This document shows, in pieces, positions 11,103 to 21,842 of a stretch of 64,000 nucleotides of DNA (positions are counted from its first letter, which is position 1; every line of letters begins with the position of its first letter). A program made the translations under genes and the position numbers. Under the pieces are notes generated by a model. It had not been told where the DNA came from. It saw nothing but the letters and a program-made list of their open reading frames with translations, and did not search any database. This stretch comes from Rebecca billardiae RCC1528 (taxonomy: Eukaryota > Protista > Haptophyta). The stretch is from positions 868,001 to 932,000 of the forward strand of contig OZ251238.1 of NCBI GenBank assembly GCA_965240325.2, written 5' to 3'.

Positions 11103-11682
11103 CGAGGGAACCGCGGCACTCTCGGACTCTCCACGGCATCGGCACTGGCTTCCACCCCTCCAACTTCAAATCACCATGCTGGTTGTACGAAGTCACCGCT
11201 ACTCTGAGGTGCTACAAGCCTTCCGATATGGCATCCGTGGGCCTTTCGGTGGCAGAAAGCATTAAGGCCAACCGCGCTGTGCCCAACCGTCACGCGCGCG
11301 GGTACCGCGACGGTGCGTGCCGTGCCGCGCCCGTCACCGACTGCCGCTAGAATCCAGCTTTCATCCGCCTGATGGGCCAGTGGCCAGTCTGAGCAGGCCC
11401 CCAAGCGCCCCCTGATCGCGACGGTAGCTGGTGAGCATCCCTGTAAGCGGGGCGTCTGCCCAGTCCGCGGCCGACGGCGAGCCTTCATCATTTGTCGAGC
11501 CGTCATCGTGCGAATTGCGAACGATTTACAGATTTCGTCACTCTCGACGGTACCTCTTGACCCGCGCGCGTGCGCAAACACGTCGTTGCAGTCAGTGGCC
11601 GCGAGTGACGAGGCCAGCTTCCGGAGACCTCGCTCGCCGCTGCAAGCTCGCCGGCCGCGGGAAGTGCGCCGGGGCGCACGCC

Positions 11683-14482
11683 ATGTCTTGGGCGATGGCC
11701 ATCGGCTTTGGTCGCGCGCTGCGGCAGGTGGGCCGCGCGCACGCACCGCATACGCGCGTGCGACCTCGCGCGCCGCGGTGCCTCGCGTGTCGCCGACCCT
11801 TTTCCCCGCTGCGCGCCGTTCGCGCGCGTGTGCCCGGCGCATGGGACCAGGTGTGCCGGCCGACGCGCAGGCCGGCACAGCGCGCCTTGTCGGTTCTCTC
11901 GTCGCCGCCTCCGCCCGGGTACACGCCTTTCCGCCTGCACGACTCCTTCGTCGCCGAGTACGCGCGCGTCGAGCCCGAGTTCGGCTTCAACGGCCTTGGC
12001 AAGCTTGTGTTCGAGCGCACCTACTCGCGGCCACTCGGCGGCGGCAGGCGCGAGCGCTGGTTCGAGACCGTGGAGCGCGTGGTGAACGGGACGTTCAACA
12101 TGCAGAAGCAGTGGCTCGAGCACCACGAGCTGCGCTGGGACGCGGGCGAGATGCAGGACACCGCGCAGGACATGTACGAGCGCATCTTCACGATGAAGTT
12201 CTTGCCGCCCGGCCGCGGGCTGTGGGCGATGGGCACGCCGATCACGGAGGAGCGGCGGCTGTTTGCCGCGCTGAACAACTGCGCGTTCGTGAGCACGGAC
12301 GCGATCGAGGACGACTTCGCCGCGCCGTTCGCCTTCCTCATGGAGGCCGCCATGCTCGGCGTCGGCGTCGGCTTTGACACGCGCGGCGCGCACACGATCC
12401 TCGTCCGGCGGCCGACAGGCGCGCAGCCGCTGACGTACGTGATCGCGGACTCCCGCGAGGGCTGGGTGGGCTCGCTGCGCGCGCTGCTCGAGAGCTACGC
12501 GCACGGCTCCGCGCCCGTGGTACGCGCGCGTCGTCCCGACCTCCGGCCGGCGCGGCGCGCTCGCGAATCGGCAGCGGCAGCGGTCGGGGGCATGGCCCGC
12601 TCGCGCGCCGGTTGACCGCCGCGCCTATGCACCACCGACCGGCACGCGTGCTCGCGCGCGTATTTCACGCGCGCAGGAGTTCGACTACAGCCTCGTGCGT
12701 CCGGCGGGCTCGCCGATCCGCGGCTTCGGCGGCATCGCCTCGGGCCCCGGCCCGCTGCGCGAGCTGCACGAGACGGCGCGCGCCGCGCTGGAGCGAAACG
12801 TCGGCCAGCCTGTGAGCGTCACGACCATCGTCGACATCATGAACCTGGTCGGCAAGTGCGTCGTGGCGGGGAACGTGCGGCGCACGGCGGAGATCGCGTT
12901 CGGCGACCCGCGCTCCGACGAGTACATCGACCTGAAGAACTACGAGGTCAACCCGCAGCGCATGTCGTACGGCTGGACGTCGAACAACTCCGTGTTTGCC
13001 GAGCTCGGCATGGACTACTCTCCTCTCGTGCGCAGGATCGTGGCCAACGGCGAGCCTGGGTTCGCGTGGCTGGACAACATGCGCTCGTACGGCCGGATGA
13101 ACGGCGTGCCCGACCGCTCGGACTGGCGCGCGTCGGGCGGGAACCCGTGCCTCGAGCAGACGCTCGAGTCCTTCGAGCTCTGCTGCCTCGTCGAGACGTT
13201 CCCGGCCAAGCACACGGACCTCGAAGACTTCAAGCGCACGCTCGACGCCGCCTTCCACTACGCCAAGACGGTCACACTGGGCGAGACGCAGTGGCCGGCG
13301 ACGAACGCGGTGATGCGGCGCAACCGGCGGATCGGCTGCTCGATCTCGGGGGTCGCGCAGTTCATCTCGAGGTGCGCCGCGCCCACGGCGCGCTTGCGGC
13401 GCGCGCGCCCGTCGGCGCGCGCGCGACTCAACCGTGCCGCGCGCCACCGCCGCCGCGCCCGCGTCTCGGCCCGCCGCGCGCGCAGCCGCGGGCTGGGCGA
13501 GCTGCGCGAGTGGTGCGAGGCCGGGTACGGCGAGCTGCGCGACATCGACGCCAAGTACTCCCACCGCTTCGGCATCCCGCGCTCAGTCAAGCTCACCTCC
13601 GTCAAGCCGAGCGGCTCAGTCTCGCTGCTCGCGGGCGCGACGCCCGGCCTCCATTTCCCAGAGTCGAGGTTCTATGTGCGGCGCATGCGGCTGCCGCGGC
13701 TCTCGCCTCTGGTCGAGCGGCTGGTGGCGGCGGGTCTGACGGTGGAGCCCGCGGTGGGCGACGAGGAGCAGACGCTCGTCGTCGAGTTCCCCGTGGACGC
13801 GGGCGAGGGCGTGCGCTCCGTCCACGAGCTCTCGATGTGGGAGCAGCTCTCGCTCGCCGCCTTCTTGCAGCGCCACTGGGCTGACAACCAGGTGTCCTGC
13901 ACGGTCACGTTCGACCCGGAGACGGAGGCCTCGAGCCTCGCGTCGGCGCTTGACTACTTCCAGTACCAGCTGAAGGGCGTGTCGTTCCTGCCGCGCCTCG
14001 CCGACGCGACCGCGTACCCGCAGATGCCGTACGAGAAGATCTCCGAGGAGGAGTACGAGGCGATGATGGCGCGCGTGCGCATGGACGTGCTCTATGCCGA
14101 GGAGCGCGAGCAGCGCGGCGCGGGCGGCGCACGCGCGGACGCCTGCGCGGGGGCGGACGCGGGGGCGGCGCTGGGCGCGCCCGGCGGGCGCGGAGCGTCG
14201 GGCGACGCAGCGGGCGCCGGCGGCGCGGAGTGGGCAGCGCGGGGGCGCAAGCCGGCCGCGCCGCCGAGCGCGGACCCAACGGCGGACGAGCAGCACGCGA
14301 TGCACGCGGCCGACCACACGCCCGACATCTTCTGCGACTCCGACCGGTGCGTGCAGGAGGAGGTGCGGTCGATCGCGCGCAGCATGTCCGCCAGCGGGCT
14401 CAACGGCGCGGGCAAGCAGTCGCAAAGACGCGCGGCGGCAGCTGGCGGCGGCGGCGGCGGCAGTCTAGGCAGCGACTCGTAA
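11683..14482 (+). CDS. nrdJ: Class II adenosylcobalamin-dependent monomeric ribonucleotide reductase (RTPR/NrdJm type), 4 exons, putative organellar presequence
   Basis: GFNGLGKLVFERTYSR, FLPPGRGLWAMG, LNNCAF, VVAGNVRRTAEI, GWTSNNS, NGEPG, GGNPCLEQ (radical Cys), ELCCLVET, RNRRIGCS, TSVKPSGSVSLL, WADNQVSCT, YPQMPYE, C-terminal FCDSDRC. Introns 11728-11850 (acceptor uncertain), 12520-12676, 13372-13485. Confidence 0.95.
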
Positions 14483-14675
14483 GTCAGACGTGAGTCTACC
14501 TGCGGTATTCGGTAATCTGACTACTGACTGATCATCTGAGTGATCAATAAGTATAAGCTATTCAATGTGCGAGCCGTTCCGATGCACTCCGTCTCCGTGA
14601 ATCCGGGGAGGCCCCGGTCGATCTCGACCGCCGCCCGCCGTGACTCACCCGTCTCGTCAAAGTCTGGTGGGTGTC

Positions 14676-15684
14676 CGGGTGAGTAATGCAAGTACTCTCC
14701 GGGAGAACCAGGGTATTTAAGATAGTTCAGGAGATCTCCCGGACTCTCTCAACTGCCGTGACGAAACACAAGAAGTTGGTCCGCTGGGGCCGCGGGGCGC
14801 GATGGCAGCCGTGCCCCCGTGCGCTCGGGCGGCCACTCGCCCGCCGTGTGCGTGGCAATGTGCGCGTCAGCACCGGCTGGGACGTGCCTACGGGATGATA
14901 TTGGCTATGAACGTCCCATCAGTGCGCTTGAATGACCGTGTTGCGCGCGTGTGATGCAGTACGCGTGCACCGCTGTGCTTGTTCGCCCGTGCTCGTCTGT
15001 TGCGCCGAACGCGCGGCTGGCACGAGGTTGTGCTCGGTGAGCGAGTACCGACTCGGGCCGTTGACGGCATGTACATGGCATCTGCCCTTGCTCCTGCCGC
15101 GCACCATCCCCTACAGCTGCGTTCTCCGGAGGAGCACGCATGCCAAGCTATCTCAAGCATTACGCCACTAGACAGGCCATTACAGGCATTACTTTTCAAT
15201 TTGAAATGCCTTTGAGCCCGGAATACACCATGCAGCATGCGTGCTTCGAAGTGCACCGAAAGATGCGATGCGACGCGACCGTGGAGATGGTGAAGCGTTG
15301 AGAGAGCGGCATAATCTCACACAAACGCTTGGTGGCTTCAGTCAGTACTCGCTCGCCGAGCACGACCTCGTGCCAGCCGCGCGTTCGGCGCAAGCGACGA
15401 GCACGGGCGAACAAGCACAGCGGTGCACGCGTACTGCATCACGCGCGCGCAACACGGTCATTCAAGCGCACTGATGGGACGTCCATAGCCCATATCATCC
15501 CGTAGGCACGTCCCAGCCGGTGCTGACGCGCACATTGCCACGCACATGGCGGGCGAGTGGCCGCCCGAGCGCACGGGGGCACGGCTACCATCGCGCCCCG
15601 CCCGCGCGGCCCCAGCGGACCAACTTCTTGTGTTTCGTCACCTCCCGGACTTTCCGCCCTGAACTATCTTATATTACTCATCCG
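14676..15684. repeat. Long inverted repeat / foldback element: ~290-bp arms (14758-15048, 15344-15641), ~295-bp spacer, degenerate outer extensions
   Basis: Arm 2 is the reverse complement of arm 1 with scattered substitutions. Outer matches TAAGATAGTTCAGG/CCTGAACTATCTTA and TGAGTAAT/ATTACTCA. Confidence 0.95.
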
Positions 15685-16581
15685 AAATGTCCGGTTTAAA
15701 GAGATTCTGACATCTTGCATCGTCTGCATCGGCGCCCTGAGAAATATGTCCGAGGACATACAAACCCTTGCGGTCGGGACGAAAGGACAAGTGTGGGTAG
15801 ATCTTCGGAATGGCTCCAGAGTTGAGTGGCTGGATCACCCGCTCGAAAATCACGTCGCAGGATTGATGCTCTGATTCCCACTGGCCACTGTTCCCCAGCA
15901 GATTACCTAATCAGCCACAACGATGATTAGGGCTTGTTTACATCGGCTCGCATCACGTTTTGGCGCGTGGATCGCAAGCGCAGCTTCGTGAACCATGTGG
16001 ATGCCGGCGAATGTTTGTCCGAACATCACTTTCGCGCTGATTGAATGGTCATTGAACTACGCGCAACCCCATTAGCCTTTAATTAGTCCTCCTTGCGCGC
16101 GCACAGGCGGAGGGATCCTGGCGGCGAACTTTGATGGCGAACGAACCAAGGCGACGCCAGACCTTCGGTTCGCGCGACCGCCCACCTATAATCAAGGAGG
16201 CTCCGAAAGTCGCGAACGCTCAAGATCACGAATTCAGTTTCGTCGGGGATCATTTGCAGCTGCTCGATGCCACCGAGGAGATTGCGGTTCGGTCACCTGA
16301 CTGCCTTCCTCCGCTGGCGTACATACGCCCGAGGCTTAAAACGAGGACTCGATGGTGCGCGATCTTGGAACGCATCTGCACTTGGGTAATTCCGAAATCG
16401 CGTGATGAACAAGTACTCATCCGCACCCAACCTCGCCGGGGCGGCATCGGCCGAAGCTTTCACTTGTCACGCCGCATCAGGCTGGGCCCAAACGTAGTCG
16501 CAAGTCGCAAACCCGCCGCGAACCCCCTCACTTGGCCATCTCCGCCACCACCGCGCTCGACGCCTCTGTCGCCTCACACCT

Positions 16582-18444
16582 ATGCCCGCACACGCGCGTC
16601 CAGACGAGGCAAACGCGGCGCAAGCGTCCGAGCACGCGCCCGCCGCGGTCGGCCTTGCGCTTCTTGCCCAGGCCTCCGCTGTCAGCGATGAGGACGCCGG
16701 CCTCGCGCCCGCGTCGTTCGAGGACCAGCAGGTGCGCCGCCACGGCCCGGCCGCGCCGACCGGGGTGGCGTGCGCGCGCGCGCCATCCGCACGGGGTGGA
16801 GGCTGGGGTGGGCGGCAAGGGTACCGTTGCGCATCCTGCCTGGCGCTGGTGGCCTCCCCCCTCGGCGCACGCCGAGCAGCCACGCGCTGGCGTGGCGCCC
16901 AGGCTCCCCGGCGCAGCGTGTCTCACCTTTGCTCTCCCCCCGTGCGCACGCCTCGCCGCGCGCAGGCCTCCGCGCCGACGGACGCCGGGAAGTATGGCGT
17001 AGGGCCCACCCGGCGCGTGACCGCGGGCAAGTCCCGCCGCGGGCCGCAGAAGTGCTCGCGCTGCCACCAGCCTGGACACAAGTCCAGGTCATGCATCTGG
17101 CGCAAGATCGCGCTCGCCAACACAGTCAACCACGCGCCCGGCACTCCGGGCGCGGCGCAGGACGAGGCGGAGGCCGCCGCCGGCGCGTTCCACCAGATCC
17201 CCGCCGCCCCGTTCCAGCCCTCGCCGCACGCGCCGACGGGGCCGCACGCCGCACCGCCCGCGCTGAGCGGTCAGCAGATGCAGCCGGCGGCGGCGCCGCC
17301 GCCGCCGCCGTCGTCGTCGCAGCTCGTGGCCCCGCAGGCGGGCATGCCGCAGCAGCACCAGTCGCCGCACCCGATGTCGACACATTGGGACTACAACGCG
17401 CCGCCGATGCAGATGGGCGCGTCGCCGGTGCATCCCCACCAGATGCAGCCCGGCGCGCCGCAGGTGGCCATGATGTCGCCCGCATATGGCGCGCCGCCGC
17501 CGCCGCCGCAGCAGATGTGGGCGCAGCAGCCGATGCCAGCGGCGGCGGGCTACGCGCACGCGCCGTCGCCTGCGCCGCAGCAGCCAGCTGCGGGCGTGTC
17601 GCAGCCGCAGGGCGCGCAGGCCCAGTACCAGCTGCACGCGCCCACCTCTGCGCCGATGGGCACGTCGGCGGCCGCCGGCGGCGCGGACACGCCGCCCGCT
17701 CCCGGGCAGAGCGGCCCCGTTGACGCGGTGGCCGCTCAGCCGCCGTACGCGCCGATGGGCAGCATGCCGCCGTACGGCATGCAGCTCGCGCAGCCGCCGC
17801 AGCTGCCGCTGCCGCCGCCGCAGCAGCCGAATGACAATGCCCCGCCGTCCGCCGCCCCGGAGCAGCCGCCGCAGCAGCAGCCGCCGCCGCAGGGCGGCGA
17901 GCAGCAGCCAATAGGAGCGCCGCCGCAGCAGCAGCCTCTTGGCCAGGCCCCGCCGCAGCCGTACGGGTGCTACTACCAGCCGGCCTCCGCGCCGATGCAG
18001 CAGCCTGGGTGCTACGCGGGCATGCCCTCCGGTGCGTCCCAGCCGGGGATACCCAGCCCTGCGCAATATCATCCGCAGCAGCCGCAGCAGGTGGGCGAGT
18101 CGCCGCATGCGCAGGGCGGCGCAGCGCAGGGCGTGCCCGCGCACGTGATGTTCGCGTACATGCCGCCGATGCAGGGGCAGGCACAGCCGCAGCAGCCGCA
18201 GCAGCCGGCGCAACAACAGCAGCCGCAGATGCCGCAGATGCAGCCGCAGCCGCAGCAGCCGCAGCACATGCATGGCGGCGAGCCAACGCGACAGCCTGAG
18301 CAGCCGACGGGCGCAGACACGTCGCAGCCGATGCACTCGATGCAGACCATGTCCACGCAGGCGCAGCAGCAGATGGCGCAGAGCTACTCCGCGCAGCAGC
18401 AGATGGCCTCGCCGCAACTGCAGGCCATGCAGGCGGTCGCCTAA
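16582..18444 (+). CDS. CCHC zinc-knuckle protein with long Gln/Pro-rich (prion-like/activation) tail; intron 16732-16965
   Basis: CSRCHQPGHKSRSC (C-x2-C-x4-H-x4-C) after a basic patch. CAG|GTGCG...CGCAG intron is in frame. About 430 aa Q/P/A-rich. Confidence 0.8.
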   Translation: MPAHARPDEANAAQASEHAPAAVGLALLAQASAVSDEDAGLAPASFEDQQVRRHGPAAPTGVACARAPSARGGGWGGRQGYRCASCLALVASPLGARRAATRWRGAQAPRRSVSHLCSPPVRTPRRAQASAPTDAGKYGVGPTRRVTAGKSRRGPQKCSRCHQPGHKSRSCIWRKIALANTVNHAPGTPGAAQDEAEAAAGAFHQIPAAPFQPSPHAPTGPHAAPPALSGQQMQPAAAPPPPPSSSQLVAPQAGMPQQHQSPHPMSTHWDYNAPPMQMGASPVHPHQMQPGAPQVAMMSPAYGAPPPPPQQMWAQQPMPAAAGYAHAPSPAPQQPAAGVSQPQGAQAQYQLHAPTSAPMGTSAAAGGADTPPAPGQSGPVDAVAAQPPYAPMGSMPPYGMQLAQPPQLPLPPPQQPNDNAPPSAAPEQPPQQQPPPQGGEQQPIGAPPQQQPLGQAPPQPYGCYYQPASAPMQQPGCYAGMPSGASQPGIPSPAQYHPQQPQQVGESPHAQGGAAQGVPAHVMFAYMPPMQGQAQPQQPQQPAQQQQPQMPQMQPQPQQPQHMHGGEPTRQPEQPTGADTSQPMHSMQTMSTQAQQQMAQSYSAQQQMASPQLQAMQAVA

Positions 18445-19029
18445 GCACGCGACGACGCCGGCCTCAGCCACTCGATGCGGCGGCGCAGTGCGCGCCGCCC
18501 CATGAATCGCTCGAGGCCAACGCCCTGCACCGATCCGACTCCGAGTTCCATGTTCAGCTACAATCACACCTCGGTGTACATACCCTGAGACCTCCCGCCC
18601 CCCGAGCATCCGACCCCCTGTCCGCCCACTCCGCACGAGTCTGCTTCACCCGCCCGCCCGTCTCGCATCCGCCGCAGCAGCTAGTGCAGCTGCTCGCTGC
18701 GTGTCGCCCACCGAGTCGACTCTTAGACTTAGTGCGCGGCTGACAGCCGCGCCGCCGCTTCAGAGTGCCTTCAGGCAATCGCGGGCAATAAGGAGCTGTC
18801 ACGTTAAGAAACTGGGGCTTGCGCTATCGGCATGATGCGGATAGTATACTGCGGCCTATACTGTAAGTAGCACAGCAACGACTTCTTTTTTAAAGCGGCC
18901 GTTAGCGTGTCCAGCGGCCAGATTAATTTTCGAAAAATTACTATGCGCTGCGCGCGCGCCCCTAGGGGGCGGCGCGCGCGCGCGGCTGGTCCCCCCTGCA
19001 TGCCCGCACCGTCAGCTGCCTGATTGCCG

Positions 19030-21842
19030 CTACCCAGCCCCGCTACCGTCGCGCGCGACATCCGCGCCGTAAATCACCGTCACCGAGCGGTCCGGCGAGC
19101 GCGCCGCCATCAATTTGCTCCTGAGTGCCGAAAACTCCTTCTCCGGAAGCCCAGCCTCCTCGCGCAGGAGCTTGCGCGCCGTCATGCACTCCGCGATCAG
19201 GTCGATCGCGTCGGTCTCCGCCCTGCGCTGCCATTCGCGCTGCCGCTTGGCGTACTTCTTCAGCCAGAGCCGCCGCACCTTGTCGCCGAACTCCTCTGCC
19301 CACGTCGCAAGCGACACGCGGCGCACGAGCTGCGCGACCGTCGAGATGTGCGGCTCCGCCGTCGACTTCTTCCCCTCGGCGTACTCGCGGACGAATGAGT
19401 CGAGTGACTTGCGCGCGTGCACGAGCGGCATCGCACGCTTGGTCACCTGCACGAAATGCCCCTGCACCTGCTCGTCCGCGAGCTGCACGAGGCGCCCCCG
19501 CCGCCTGAGGCGAGACGCCGTCTGCGCCCGCCTCCGTGACCGCCCAGACGTTGAAGCGCAGCGGTGGGACGTTGTGCGAGCCCTGGCCGGCGAGGCTGGC
19601 GAGGCTGACGTAAGCGCCGGTGCACGCCACGATGGCCTTCTGCTCCTCCGCGTAGTCGGCCGCCTCGGCGCCGCCGCCAAAACCGCCGCCGGCCGCGCTG
19701 CCGCCTGCCGAGGCAGTGCTGCCACCGAGGCCGCGCTGCTGCGCGCCGCCGCCGGCCGCGCCGCCGCCGGCCGCGCCGCCACCAGCCGCACCACCACCCG
19801 CACTGTCAGCCGCGCCGCTGGCCGCGCCACATGCCGCGCCACCGGCCACGCGGACGCCAGCACCGGCTGTGCCGCTAGCCACGCCGCTGCCACTGCCGGC
19901 CGCGCCGCCCACGCCGCCGCCCGCGCCCGCGCCCGCGCACGCGTTGCCAGCCGCGCCCCCGGCCGCGCCGCCGGCCGCGCCGCCGGCCGCGCCACCGGCC
20001 GCGCGGACGCCAGCGCCAGCGGTGCCGCCAGCCACGCAGCTGCCGCTGCTGCTGCCACCAGTGCTGCTGCTGCCGCCCGCACCGGCCGCGCCGCCGCCGG
20101 CCGCGCCGCCGCCGGGAGCGCCGCCGCCGGCCGCGCGATCGCCAGCGCTGTCAGCCGCGCCGCTGTCCGCGCCGCCGGCCGCACCTCCGGCCGCGCCTCC
20201 AGCCGCGCGGACGCCAACGCCAGCTGTGCCGCCAGCCACGCCACTGCAGCTGCCGCCTGCGCCGCCCGCGCCGCCGCCAGCACCCGCGCCCGCGTTGCCA
20301 GCCGCGCCGCCGGCCGCGTCCGGCCGCGTCGCCGGGCGCACCGCCGCCTGGCGCGCAGTTGTCGGGCGTGCCGCCGTCGGGCGCGCCGCCACCGGGCCCG
20401 CCATCGCCCGCGCTGTCAGCCGCGCCGCTGGCCGCGCCGCAGGCCGCGCCACCGGCCGCGCGGACGCCAACGCCGGCTGTGCCGCCAGCCACGCCGCTGT
20501 CGCTGCAGCTGCCGCCGCCGCCGCTGCTGCGGGCCGCGCCGGCCGCGCGCGGCCGCGCCGTCGGCCGCGCCGCCGCCGGCAGTGCCGCCGCCGGCCGCGC
20601 CACCGCCCGCGCTGTCAGCCGCGCCGCTAGCCGCGCCGCCGGCCGCGCCACCGGCCGCACGGACGCCAGCGCCGACTGTGCCGCCAGCCACGCCGCTGCC
20701 GCTGCCGCTCGCGCCGGCCGCGCCGCCGCCCGTGCCCGCGGACGCGCCCGCGTTGCCAGCCGCGCCGCCCGCCGCGCCGCCGGCCGCGCCGCCGACCGCG
20801 CAACCGGCCGCGCGGACTCCAGCGCCGGCGGCACCGCCAGCTACGCCGCTACCGCTGCCGCTGCCGCCGCTGCCGCCGGCCGCGCCGCCGGCCGCGTCGC
20901 CGGCCGCGCCGCCTGCAGCGCCGCCAGCCGCGCCGCCCTGCCGCGCTGGCCACGTGCAGCGGCGGCAGCTGGCGGCGCCGGTCGCGGTGGGAGCCGGCCG
21001 CTCCGGATCACGTCATTGATCCCGTCGGCGTCCGCACTCCATAGCTCGGGCATGTCCGAGTCCGGCCGCTCCGAGATGGCGATCGCCTCCGACGACGCGA
21101 GCGCAACACCCTCATAGTTGCGCACGATGGCGATCGTGGCCGCGCGCGAGTGCGCTGCGTTTGGCCCGTGTCCGCCGAGAGGAGGAGGACATGCGGCTGC
21201 CCGCGCGGGCGCGCGGACTTGCCGTAGTGCTCCAAGCGATCCAGCACGGCGCCCACGGCCTGCGCCCACGGCCGCGCCGCCGACTCGCTGCCGATCATCA
21301 TCACGCCCGCGCCCGCGTGCTCGCGATTGCGCACCGCGCTCTCACGTGAGCCAGCCACCGGCGGCGGGATCGGGTGGCGCATGCCCAGGTTGAGCCACGT
21401 CGAGAACTCTCGGGCTGGCGCGAGCCCACGATGCTCAGTGTGCGGTCCTTCTCGCGCGCCTAGTGCACGACGCCCTCGTCGTCGAGCTAGGTGAAGGCAT
21501 GCAAGACGAGCGCGTCTCACGAGAAGAGCCGCAGCTTGGCTACACGCAGCAGGTTGTTCTTCTTCCGCTGGGCCTTGATGGCGACGAGGCTGTTGACGCT
21601 GCGCTTGACCTCCGCCAGGTAGTTCTCGTTCGGCATGATCGAGTGGTCCACCTCGCTCGCGGCCTCGCGCGCGCGCAGCTTGAGCATCTCGTGCGGCTGA
21701 GCGCCGCGGCCATGCGCAGCCATGCAGATGCGGCAGAGACGTGGCGCCCGATGCTTTAGGCACCTTTGCGATGCAGCTTGGGCTTCCTAGGCTTCGCGCA
21801 GGAACGCTTGCCCTTGCCCACGGTGAGCACAGCCGTCGCCAT
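19030..21842 (-). pseudogene. Decayed cargo ORF of the CAC-ended element (Gly/Ala-repeat protein with helical N- and C-terminal regions)
   Basis: Protein-like segments in several frames (EMLKLRAREAASEVDHSIMPNENYLAEVKRS..., ...RKSLDSFVREYAEGKKS...RLWLKKYAKRQREW...) broken by TGA/TAG stops and frameshifts. Confidence 0.6.
19680..20940. repeat. Compound GC-rich minisatellite encoding GGAA/GVAGGTAGAGVRAAGG repeats
   Basis: Recurrent CTGTCAGCCGCGCCGCT (4x), CGGACGCCA-like (6x) and CGTTGCCAGCCGCGCC (3x) blocks embedded in 12-nt CCGGCCGCGCCG units. Confidence 0.85.

Noticed and set aside
11103-11682. Cobalamin riboswitch upstream of the B12-dependent RNR
   Set aside because: No recognisable B12-box or core motifs by eye. 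An Infernal search with the Rfam cobalamin models would settle it.
18069-18356. Metallothionein-looking Cys/Gly-rich ORF
   Set aside because: Antisense reading of CAG/CCG (Gln/Pro) codons of the zinc-knuckle gene.
19680-20940. Possible CRISPR-like array
   Set aside because: Irregular low-complexity coding minisatellite with no unique spacers and no cas genes; eukaryotic context.
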